A stretch of 64,000 nucleotides of DNA from Myxococcales bacterium (GTDB lineage: Bacteria > Myxococcota_A > Polyangia > Polyangiales > DASUME01), in contig JASGJH010000001.1 in the NCBI GenBank assembly GCA_047601445.1, positions 1,536,001 through 1,600,000 of the forward strand, given 5' to 3'. This document shows positions 1-8,033 of this stretch, one piece after another. The notes below the pieces were generated by a model. It was given only the letters and a program-made list of their open reading frames with translations. It ran no database searches and was not told the DNA's origin. Every line of letters starts with the position of its first letter. The first letter of the stretch is position 1. The position numbers were made by a program, and so were the translations under genes.

Positions 1-119
1 CGACGCTCTTCCGGTGAGAGGTGCCCGAACATCTCACGCAGCTTGGCGCCGCTGCGAGCGGCGTCGGCGAACAGGGTTTGGATCAAGGGGGCGACAGGCG
101 GATTGAGCAGAGTGTTCAC
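1..119 (-). CDS. 5' part of a gene running off the window; probable O-methyltransferase divergent from TetR
   Basis: GTG at 119 preceded by AGGAG; reads MNTLLNPPVAPLIQTLFADAARSGAKLREMFGHLSPEER, resembling the N-terminus of O-methyltransferases I recall being paired with this TetR type. Not in the ORF track. Confidence 0.55.
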   Translation of the reverse strand, partial: MNTLLNPPVAPLIQTLFADAARSGAKLREMFGHLSPEER

Positions 120-160
120 GGGAATCTCCTTGGCTTTTGCGTTCGGCGCCGATAGGGACA

Positions 161-197
161 GAATACGAATGATCCTTCGCGTTCACCATTCGCGTTC
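161..197. promoter_or_regulatory. Candidate TetR operator
   Basis: Imperfect inverted repeat GAATACGAA-N6-TTCGCGTTC (161-184), with extra half-sites TTCGCGTTC (189-197) and TTTGCGTTC (136-144), in the divergent intergenic region. Confidence 0.5.
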
Positions 198-209
198 GGA
201 GAAGCCCCC

Positions 210-878
210 ATGGTTCAACGCAAAAAACCCAGCGTCGCCGCGCGAAAAGCCCCACGACAGGCGCGCTCGAATCGGCTCGTGGAGGCCATTCTCGAGGCTG
301 CCGTTCGCGTTCTCTCGCACGAGGGCGCGGCCGCATTCACCACCAGCCGGGTGGCCGAGCGAGCCGGCGTCAGCGTGGGCTCGCTGTACCAGTACTTTCC
401 CAACAAGCAGGCGATTCTGTTTCGCTTGCAGACCGACGAGTGGGAAGCGACCGGCAGCATGCTCGACGCCATCCTGCTCGACACCCGCCAGAAGCCACGG
501 GCGCGCCTGCACGCCGCGGTCCTGGCGTTCTTTCGTTCCGAGGTGGACGAGGCGCCGTTGCGCCGCGCGCTGGGCGATGCTGCCCCCCTCTATCGCGACT
601 CGCCCCAGGCGCGCGAGAAGCGCCGTCGCGGCATGCCGGTGCTGGTGCGCTTCGTCGAGGAGCTCGCCCCACGGCTCCCGCCGCGCAAGCGGGCCTTTGC
701 GAGTGAGCTTTTGGTGGCCTTGATGACGTCGCTTGGCAAGCAGGTGTCCGAGAGCGACCGCAGCCCCCAACAGGTGGAAGCCTGGGCCGAGGCAGCGGCC
801 GACATGTTCCTCGCCTACCTCATACAATCCCAGCGCGGAGAGCAGAAGGCACGGCGAGCTCCGGCCCGGAAAGCGTGA
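210..878 (+). CDS. TetR/AcrR family transcriptional regulator
   Basis: RKAPRQARS...ILEAAVRVL...FTTSRVAERAGVSVGSLYQYFPNKQAIL, a classic TetR HTH. Confidence 0.95.
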   Translation: MVQRKKPSVAARKAPRQARSNRLVEAILEAAVRVLSHEGAAAFTTSRVAERAGVSVGSLYQYFPNKQAILFRLQTDEWEATGSMLDAILLDTRQKPRARLHAAVLAFFRSEVDEAPLRRALGDAAPLYRDSPQAREKRRRGMPVLVRFVEELAPRLPPRKRAFASELLVALMTSLGKQVSESDRSPQQVEAWAEAAADMFLAYLIQSQRGEQKARRAPARKA

Positions 879-1068
879 GCTCGTCTTCCACATGGCGGAC
901 GCTGTAGGTCCCTATCGGAAGCGCTGTGTAACCGGCCTCGCCGGAGCGCCGGTGGGCGGCTCGCTCCGTGGCGACGTCATGGTCAGCGTTACACCGATGC
1001 ACGCGAACGCGCGCGCAACCGTGATAGCCTCGAGGGCGTTTTTCTTCGGGGGGCGGGCCCATCCATCT

Positions 1069-3648
1069 ATGCAGAGCAGTCTGTGGTTTCGTCAGGTTTG
1101 TCTGGTCCAGTGTTGCGCAATCCTTTGGCTGGTCGGGTGCTCCAAGTCCGATGACAAGACCGCTGAGCTAACGGGTGAGGAAGCTGCCCCGGATTGCGAC
1201 GCGGGGACCTGCGCCGCCAACCAGCCCGCGACCGACTGGAGCGCGCAGCAGCCGGTCTATTCCGCGCAGCTCAAGCTCGTCGACGAGGGTGGCAAGGCCA
1301 TCGCCAACGCCCACGTCGAGGTGGAGAACCTGGCCACCACGACGAACGCCGACGGCCGCGCTGTGATAGGCCCCATCGACGCTGGATCCTCCGCCAAGAT
1401 CAAGGCCTCCTCCGACGGCAAAGTGCCCCACGTCGGCAAGACCGACGTGTCCAAATCTGGACAAAAGAACCAGCAGATCACCTTGCTCCCGCTGAGCACG
1501 AGCAAGGAGGTCGACGCCCAGCAGGCCATCGTGGTCACCGACGACAAGGCTCGCGTCGACGTGAAGGCCAATGCGCTGACCCGCAAGGACGGCACGCGTC
1601 CCGACAAGGCCAAGCTCGAAATCGCCTCGCAGCACCCCGCAGACCTTCCCGAGTCCGCCCGCGTCGGCTCGCCTGAAGCGTTCACGCGCCTGGGCACTCC
1701 CAGCTTCCTCAAGCAGATCTTCACCCTCGCCTACGTGCGCTTCACGGACCTGGCGGGCCAAGAGCTGAACCTGGTGGCGGGCCAGCCCGCGCAGCTCGCG
1801 CTGCGGCTGCCGAGTCAGGCCAGCGCCAAGGTCGGCGACACGATGCCGCTCTGGTACCTGGATGAGGAGAAGGTGCAATGGCAGGAGCAGGGCTCGTGCA
1901 AGGTCTCCCAGCGCATGCTGAACGGCCAAGCCGTGCGCTTCTGCGAGGGCTTGGTTGCTCACTTCTCCTACTGGGCCATCGCGGACGCGGTCGACATCGA
2001 GCAACCCAACCAGATGGGCTGCTTCAAGATGACCTCGAGCCTGACGGACACGGGCTGTGATCACTACGAGATCGAGGGGTGGATCTTGGGCGGCTGCGAT
2101 GCTCAGGGCCAGGCATGCGTCTCGGTGGACTACGCGTTCCCGTTCGTACGCGGCGCGGGCCAGCCGGAGTTCTGCGCAGTGACTCCCATTTACCCGACCT
2201 ATCGCCTGACCGTTCTTTACGATCACCAGATCAAGTCCGACGGCACCTGCAGCACGAAGAAGGTGACGACGAAGAACACCGGCCACAAGATCAAGGTCAG
2301 CGACCCGTTCAGCCTGGCGTCCTTCCAGAGCACGCTCGCCTCGAAGTTCATGCTGGGCTTCGTCTACAATCAGCAGCGCGATTGCGACGAGCTGTGTACG
2401 CAGGTGTCGATCACGCTCTCGGGCGACGACGGCAGCTGGACCGACCAGGACGACGACGGATCCTTCAAGATCTACGACAATGCGGGCTCGGTCTACGGGC
2501 TGCTCACGGACTGCAACGACGCCGACCCCGCCGTGCACCCAGGACAGGTGGAGGTCTTCTGCACCACCGGGGACGCGAACTGTGACGGCGTCATGGGCGC
2601 GGGTGCCAAGAGCCAAGCGGGCGTGGACGCCAGCAGCTGGAACTCCTGGTGCGCCTGGTGTCAGGCCAACGCTGGCCCCATTCAGACGAGCCCCGAGGTG
2701 GCCGGCAACGACTTTGACGAAGACTGCATGGGCGGCCTCAGCGACCGCGACGGTGACGGCGTGGAGGCTCCCGCGGACTGCGACGACCTCGACCCTGGCG
2801 CGAATCCGAACCTGCCCGAAGTGGCCGGCAACTACGCCGACGAGAATTGCGACGCCTTCGTGGCCGATGCCGACGACGACGGTTGGTACGCGGCGAGCGA
2901 CAAGCCCCGGGCGGAGGAACTGCAGCTCGACTCCACGCAGTTCCGCGACTGCAACGACTACGACTCGGCCACCAACCCCGGTGCGAACCCGATGGACGAG
3001 GCCGGCTCGCTCGGGACCTATTACTATCGGACCACCAACGGCGAGACCCGACGTAGCGCGAACTTCTGCTTCCTGTTCGACGGAGACGGGCAGCCCACTG
3101 GACAGTTCTACGACGTGGTGGGTGATCTCAACTGCGACGGCTTCCGCACGGACATGGACGGCGACGGACTCACCGCGACCGGCGACGTGACCCTGGACAC
3201 GCCGGACAAGGTCGTCAGCATCGATTGCGACGACCGCGACCCCCGCGTGGGGGCGGCCGAGAACGGCACCTGCCCTGCGCCTCAACCCGCCACGGCCAAC
3301 GACCGTGACTGCGCGGTGCGGACCCCCAAGTGCGCACCCATGAGCGTGTCGAGCACCGTGGTGACGCCCATCTGCAGCGACACCACCGACAACAACATGC
3401 AGCTCACCGGCATGGGCGTGTGCGCGTACCCCAGCTGGCCCGAGGGCAACCCGCTCGCCATCGAACCCGGCAAGGTCTGGGGTCCCTGCGACGGCGCCGA
3501 CCCCGCGCTCCCCGAGTGCCCGAGCAACTCGCTGTGCCTGGGCCCGCTGAGCTACACGCCCGAGTTCACGGCGTACATGGAGGCAAACTACACGAACGGC
3601 GCCAAGCTCTTCTTCCAGGGCATGTGCTTCCCCAACTGCCAGCTCTGA
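1069..3648 (+). CDS. Large surface lipoprotein with a carboxypeptidase-regulatory-like domain and MopE-type (putative metal-binding) Cys/Asp repeats
   Basis: Lipobox LVGC; repeats DCNDADPAVHPG..E..C...D.NCDG, DCDDLDPGANP..PEV.GN..DENCD and D.D.DG motifs; ATG 1069 preferred over 733. Confidence 0.8.
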   Translation: MQSSLWFRQVCLVQCCAILWLVGCSKSDDKTAELTGEEAAPDCDAGTCAANQPATDWSAQQPVYSAQLKLVDEGGKAIANAHVEVENLATTTNADGRAVIGPIDAGSSAKIKASSDGKVPHVGKTDVSKSGQKNQQITLLPLSTSKEVDAQQAIVVTDDKARVDVKANALTRKDGTRPDKAKLEIASQHPADLPESARVGSPEAFTRLGTPSFLKQIFTLAYVRFTDLAGQELNLVAGQPAQLALRLPSQASAKVGDTMPLWYLDEEKVQWQEQGSCKVSQRMLNGQAVRFCEGLVAHFSYWAIADAVDIEQPNQMGCFKMTSSLTDTGCDHYEIEGWILGGCDAQGQACVSVDYAFPFVRGAGQPEFCAVTPIYPTYRLTVLYDHQIKSDGTCSTKKVTTKNTGHKIKVSDPFSLASFQSTLASKFMLGFVYNQQRDCDELCTQVSITLSGDDGSWTDQDDDGSFKIYDNAGSVYGLLTDCNDADPAVHPGQVEVFCTTGDANCDGVMGAGAKSQAGVDASSWNSWCAWCQANAGPIQTSPEVAGNDFDEDCMGGLSDRDGDGVEAPADCDDLDPGANPNLPEVAGNYADENCDAFVADADDDGWYAASDKPRAEELQLDSTQFRDCNDYDSATNPGANPMDEAGSLGTYYYRTTNGETRRSANFCFLFDGDGQPTGQFYDVVGDLNCDGFRTDMDGDGLTATGDVTLDTPDKVVSIDCDDRDPRVGAAENGTCPAPQPATANDRDCAVRTPKCAPMSVSSTVVTPICSDTTDNNMQLTGMGVCAYPSWPEGNPLAIEPGKVWGPCDGADPALPECPSNSLCLGPLSYTPEFTAYMEANYTNGAKLFFQGMCFPNCQL

Positions 3649-3733
3649 GAGCCCCACGCCCTGGTGCGCGCGGAGTTTCATCCTCCGCCCTGCGCACCGA
3701 GGGCGCGCGAGGTGCCGCGACGTGCGCGTGGAC

Positions 3734-4408
3734 TCAGCGCGGACCGGCGTCGGCGTCGCAGTCGACGCGCTCGAGGCGCCAGCGCGGGTTGCGGTTGTCG
3801 ACGCCGACCATGTTGTCGACGTAGGCCGTGTCCGCCAACCAAACACCGAGTTTGCCGCCCTGGTGCTTGAAGGCCGTGGGCTTGAGCGCCAGGTTGGCCT
3901 GCACGCAGGCTTCGAAGTCCTCGAACGCACCGTCGGTGACGAGATGTCCGACCGTGCCCGGAGCCCGCACCAGCCGCGAGCCGGTGGTGGCGCCCACGAA
4001 CCAGGCGTAGTCGTCGTTGGGCGAGGCGTAGGCGTTGACGGTCCAGCCCTGATTGCCACTGTATTTCATGCAGCCATCTTCGTAGACCACACGATAGGTC
4101 CCGGCGTTCAGGTCGGCGCCGTCTGCAAAGTAGGTGATGTGCCCGAACACATCGAGCGTGCCCGTGGTGGCGCTGTTCTGCGCGCTGCCGAGTCGACAGC
4201 GCTCGTCCACGAACACGGTGTCCGAGCCGTCAGGGACGTCGAGCGGATCGAACGCCGCGTCCGCCCCCGCATCGTGGGGACCGTCGCCATCCCCGCCGCC
4301 GTCCATTCCCGGCTTCACGTTCATCAGCTCGGACGAGCCGCCATCGCTGCCGCATCCCCACGCACTGGCCGACATCAAACCCACGACCGCTAACCATGTC
4401 GCCCTCAT
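3734..4408 (-). CDS. Hypothetical lipoprotein
   Basis: MRATWLAVVGLMSASAWGC signal/lipobox, GDGDG linker, globular C-terminal domain. Confidence 0.7.
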   Translation of the reverse strand: MRATWLAVVGLMSASAWGCGSDGGSSELMNVKPGMDGGGDGDGPHDAGADAAFDPLDVPDGSDTVFVDERCRLGSAQNSATTGTLDVFGHITYFADGADLNAGTYRVVYEDGCMKYSGNQGWTVNAYASPNDDYAWFVGATTGSRLVRAPGTVGHLVTDGAFEDFEACVQANLALKPTAFKHQGGKLGVWLADTAYVDNMVGVDNRNPRWRLERVDCDADAGPR

Positions 4409-4951
4409 CGCTCGTCTCTTCCTATCCGCTGCGTTTGCCGCGCCGTGCGGAAGCTCATGGAAGCGCACGGTGGGTTCAGACTACTCCTCGAGCGCCGTCG
4501 AAATAAACCCACGCTTCCCGCGACTCCCGCCACCTGTGGGGAAGCTTGCTCACGCTCCCGAGCGCGCAGCGAAGACCCGCAGCGAACTCCTCCTTGGGGA
4601 TGCGGTTTTGATCGTGAGCACTCCGAGCAAGCGTCGGAGCAGGCAACGTGGCGCCCGCCCGGCGCGCGGCTTTCTAGCGGCAATTGGTGACGTGCGTGGC
4701 CGGGCATGCCGAGCCGGGGAATGCAGCGGCTCCCATTTTGCGGTGACCTCACGCAGCACACAGGAATCTGGCGTCGCTGATCCGAGCCGGTGCACATGCA
4801 TGCGTGCTCGTGGATGCCCCAAACGAGGAGCAAGTTCGCCCCCAAATCGCAGCGCGCGGTTCGGTAGGTGAGAGTCTTCCGGGAACCACAATGCGCCACG
4901 CGCAAAATCTGCGCGTCCGTTGGGCGCACCACAGAAGGACTCGAAATGTCG

Positions 4952-5641
4952 TCAGCGTGGGCCGCGCGTCCGAGCGCCCAGATCGTCCGCGATCATGGCG
5001 TCGATCAGCTCGACCACGCCCTGACCTGCGCCCCCTTGCGTGACCCGATCGGCGCACGTCTTGAGCTGCGGCAGCGCATCGGCGACCGCGACCCCAAAGC
5101 CGGCCGCCGCGAGGAGCACGTGATCGTTTTCGGCATCCCCCACGGCCACCGTTTGGCCCGACGTGAGCCCGAGTTCGGTGAGCGCAGCGGTCAGACCGCT
5201 CGCCTTATCGACACCGCTCGGGAGGATCATCGCGGACCCTTTGTTCAAGATCACGCGCAGCGTGAGCCCGAGTTCCTGGATCACCGCCAGCGCGACGTTC
5301 GACTCGGCTTCGTCGCACGCCACGATACAGCGGCCGCGCTCGAAGCGGACGCCACGCTCGCGCAGCACGCGAAGAAAGGGGTCGGGAGGCTCGGGGGCGA
5401 GCAAGCGCTCTTCACGGGTCTGCGGGTCGAACAGCAGCGCACCGTTCTCGGCAACGATGCGTGCGCACAGGCTGTACTCGGGAAAGATCTGGCGCAGGTC
5501 AGGCAGCCGACGTCCAGTGACCAACAAGAAACGTCGACCGCTAGCCCGCAAGCGCTCGATGGCTGCGACCGTTTCGGGGGCCGTGCGCGCATCCTCCGCA
5601 AGCGTTCCATCGTAGTCCGACGCGAGGGCCCGAAAACGCAT
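4952..5641 (-). CDS. HAD-superfamily (Cof/IIB-type) hydrolase
   Basis: Motif I DYDGTL, motif II VTGR, K in GVDKASG, motif IV GDAEND. Confidence 0.9.
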   Translation of the reverse strand: MRFRALASDYDGTLAEDARTAPETVAAIERLRASGRRFLLVTGRRLPDLRQIFPEYSLCARIVAENGALLFDPQTREERLLAPEPPDPFLRVLRERGVRFERGRCIVACDEAESNVALAVIQELGLTLRVILNKGSAMILPSGVDKASGLTAALTELGLTSGQTVAVGDAENDHVLLAAAGFGVAVADALPQLKTCADRVTQGGAGQGVVELIDAMIADDLGARTRGPR

Positions 5642-5693
5642 GTCACGACTACTCAACCACGGCCCGAGCGCCGCGCAAGCAACATCCGAGTCC

Positions 5694-8033
5694 TCAGCGC
5701 GACGCGGCCCCCGCCGCACGCACGCTCCATGTGCTCGGGGGCACGAGCACATGGGCCTCCGCCACCTCCAACGTGGACGCACCGCTTCGCAAGCTGCCGG
5801 CGAAGGTCGCTACGGCGCGATAGGTGATGTTGAAGACCTGGCCAGGCTGCAGCGCACCCGCCACCAAATCCACGGCACCGTCCATCACGCTGAACCGCTC
5901 GATGCTGCCCGCGGCCACGAGCTCCTCCAAGCTCAGCGGGTCCGCCTGCACGCCGACGGGCAGGGCGTGGCGCACGTGGACGGGAAAGCCCGCGGGCACC
6001 GCCGCGCGAAGGGTGATGGGCGTCACCGCGCCCACGCTGGTGCGCACGACGTCGGGCACCGAGAGCTCGAGGCCAGACGCAGAGGCGGCGCTCTGCCAGG
6101 GCACGTAGCTCCCGAGCGTGAGCCCGTAGCCGAGGCCTGGCACGGCTGGTTCGGCCACCAAGGTCCACTCGTGCGCGGCGGCTAGCCCGGGCGCGGGGGC
6201 TTCGAGCGTGAGCACCTCCTGCAGCTTGTCGCGATTGAGCAGGCCTTCGAGCACGGGCTTTCCGTCCATCGAGAGCGTGATGCGCACGTCGCTCGCCATG
6301 GGCTCCTTGAACAGCATCAACACGGCCTGCAACGCGAGCATGTTGGCGCGGCCATCGCCCCAGCCGCGCTCGAGTCCATAGCTGCCGAGCAAGGTCGCCC
6401 CGAGGTCGGCGAGTAGCGGCTTGTCTTGCTCGGTGAGCGCCAACACGGCCAGCGCGGTGGCCTCGACGCGCGACGGTCGGACACCGTCGGCGCGCGTCAC
6501 GCCTTCGGCAACATCGAGGTATTGAGAGCCGTCGTCGGCACGCTTGATCGACGCCACGAGCCGCGTGCGCAAGGTCTCCGCCAGCTCCCCGCTCACTTGG
6601 CCGCTCGCTCGGCCTGCCGCGAGCATGGCGGCCGCCGTGTAGCCGTCCTCCACGTGATCCAGATGGCGTCCAAAGGCGGACAGAGCACGCGCCGACATGG
6701 CCCTCGTGCGTCGCTCGTCTTCTGGTGTGCCTGACGCCGCTGCGACCGCGCGAACGGCGTCGGCGGCCTCGACCAGCACCTGCTGGAGGGTGCGTCCGTT
6801 GGGGCCGGCGAAGGTCCCATCCGGAAGCTGCTTCTGAGCCAGGAATTCGGCGGCTCGCTGGCCCAGCCGCTGGAGCACCGCCTGCTCGGATGGACCCAGC
6901 GCCGCCTCGCACAGGGAAACCGCCTTGGCCACGTCGAGCTGGCGTCCCGCGCGCACCGCGCGCTGCGTGGCGACCAGCGAAAGCTCCCGCAGCGCATCCG
7001 GATCCACCTTGGCGCCGAGCGCGCCGAAAAGCCGTTGCGCGCGCGCAGCGAGCAGCAAGGCATAGGCGTCGTCCACCTCACCGGCCCGCGAAAGCGCGCT
7101 CTTCATCTCCGAGCGCAACAACGCCAGCGCGCCCGGAAACACGGAGAGGCGAACGTGGTCGGTCGCCGGATCCGCGCCAGCCGTCGCGGGCAGTTGCAGC
7201 GTGCGCGGTGCGGCCAACGTGCCACTGCGGGTGGTGAAGACCGGCCGCCCAGAGGGCACCACCTTGAGGGACCGCGAGACTGCGTCGTTCTGCCCGAGCA
7301 GCACGCGCAGGCGCACCTCCCCTGGCCGCTCCACGCGCAGACGCGCGTACTCGACCTGGGAACCACCCGCGGGCAGCGTCCGCGTGCCACTGCGAGCGTC
7401 GATGGATGCACCGCTAATTTCCACGGCGAACGAGGTGGTCACCGCTTGATTGGTGGTGTTCACGAGCTGGATTGGAATGGTGATCTCGTCGCCCACCACG
7501 AGGGTCTCCGGGACCACGGGGTCCACGTACACGGGCAGCGTACCGAGGAAGCTCGTGACTGCGCCGCCCTGGGCGCCATTGCGTGCGTGGGCCAGGGCGA
7601 GCACGCGCCAGCTGGTCAGCCGATCAGGCACGCGCACCGACAGCGAGGCCAGTCCCTGGTCATTCGTCACCAGCAAGGGCTCGAACAAGAAGCTCTCTGG
7701 GAACCAGCTACGCGTCTGCGCGGCCTGTTCGACCTCGCTCGTCGGCGAGGCTTTGTTCGCCCCTGGAGACCTGGCGACGCTCACGCCCAACGCATCGGCG
7801 AGCGCTCCTCCTCCTGCGGCAGGGTCGTAGCCGCGGTCGGCCTCCGGGAACTTGCCGCCGCCAACCTGGGGCTCCATGGGCGCCGGCACCTCTTCGGGCT
7901 CCTCGGCGAGCCCCAGGTCACGCGCGGGCGCGCTCGCTCGCTGGGCCTCGAGATTGACGCTGGGACTCTCCTTCGCGCACGCGGCAGATAGCGCGACCGC
8001 TAGCGTGATCAACCTGCGACGGCGCGCACTCAT
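5694..8033 (-). CDS. Alpha-2-macroglobulin family protein (C-terminal half), lipoprotein
   Basis: RSWFPESFLFEP...VPDRLTSWRVLALA A2M signature; lipobox LSAAC; ATGA overlap with upstream stop at 8030-8033. Confidence 0.85.
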   Translation of the reverse strand: MSARRRRLITLAVALSAACAKESPSVNLEAQRASAPARDLGLAEEPEEVPAPMEPQVGGGKFPEADRGYDPAAGGGALADALGVSVARSPGANKASPTSEVEQAAQTRSWFPESFLFEPLLVTNDQGLASLSVRVPDRLTSWRVLALAHARNGAQGGAVTSFLGTLPVYVDPVVPETLVVGDEITIPIQLVNTTNQAVTTSFAVEISGASIDARSGTRTLPAGGSQVEYARLRVERPGEVRLRVLLGQNDAVSRSLKVVPSGRPVFTTRSGTLAAPRTLQLPATAGADPATDHVRLSVFPGALALLRSEMKSALSRAGEVDDAYALLLAARAQRLFGALGAKVDPDALRELSLVATQRAVRAGRQLDVAKAVSLCEAALGPSEQAVLQRLGQRAAEFLAQKQLPDGTFAGPNGRTLQQVLVEAADAVRAVAAASGTPEDERRTRAMSARALSAFGRHLDHVEDGYTAAAMLAAGRASGQVSGELAETLRTRLVASIKRADDGSQYLDVAEGVTRADGVRPSRVEATALAVLALTEQDKPLLADLGATLLGSYGLERGWGDGRANMLALQAVLMLFKEPMASDVRITLSMDGKPVLEGLLNRDKLQEVLTLEAPAPGLAAAHEWTLVAEPAVPGLGYGLTLGSYVPWQSAASASGLELSVPDVVRTSVGAVTPITLRAAVPAGFPVHVRHALPVGVQADPLSLEELVAAGSIERFSVMDGAVDLVAGALQPGQVFNITYRAVATFAGSLRSGASTLEVAEAHVLVPPSTWSVRAAGAASR

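Noticed and set aside
1168..4059. 963-aa minus-strand ORF, and similar long ORFs such as 27765-29921, 19141-20472 and 38378-39799
   Set aside because: Antisense shadows of real genes, expected with high GC3 bias; no motifs of their own.
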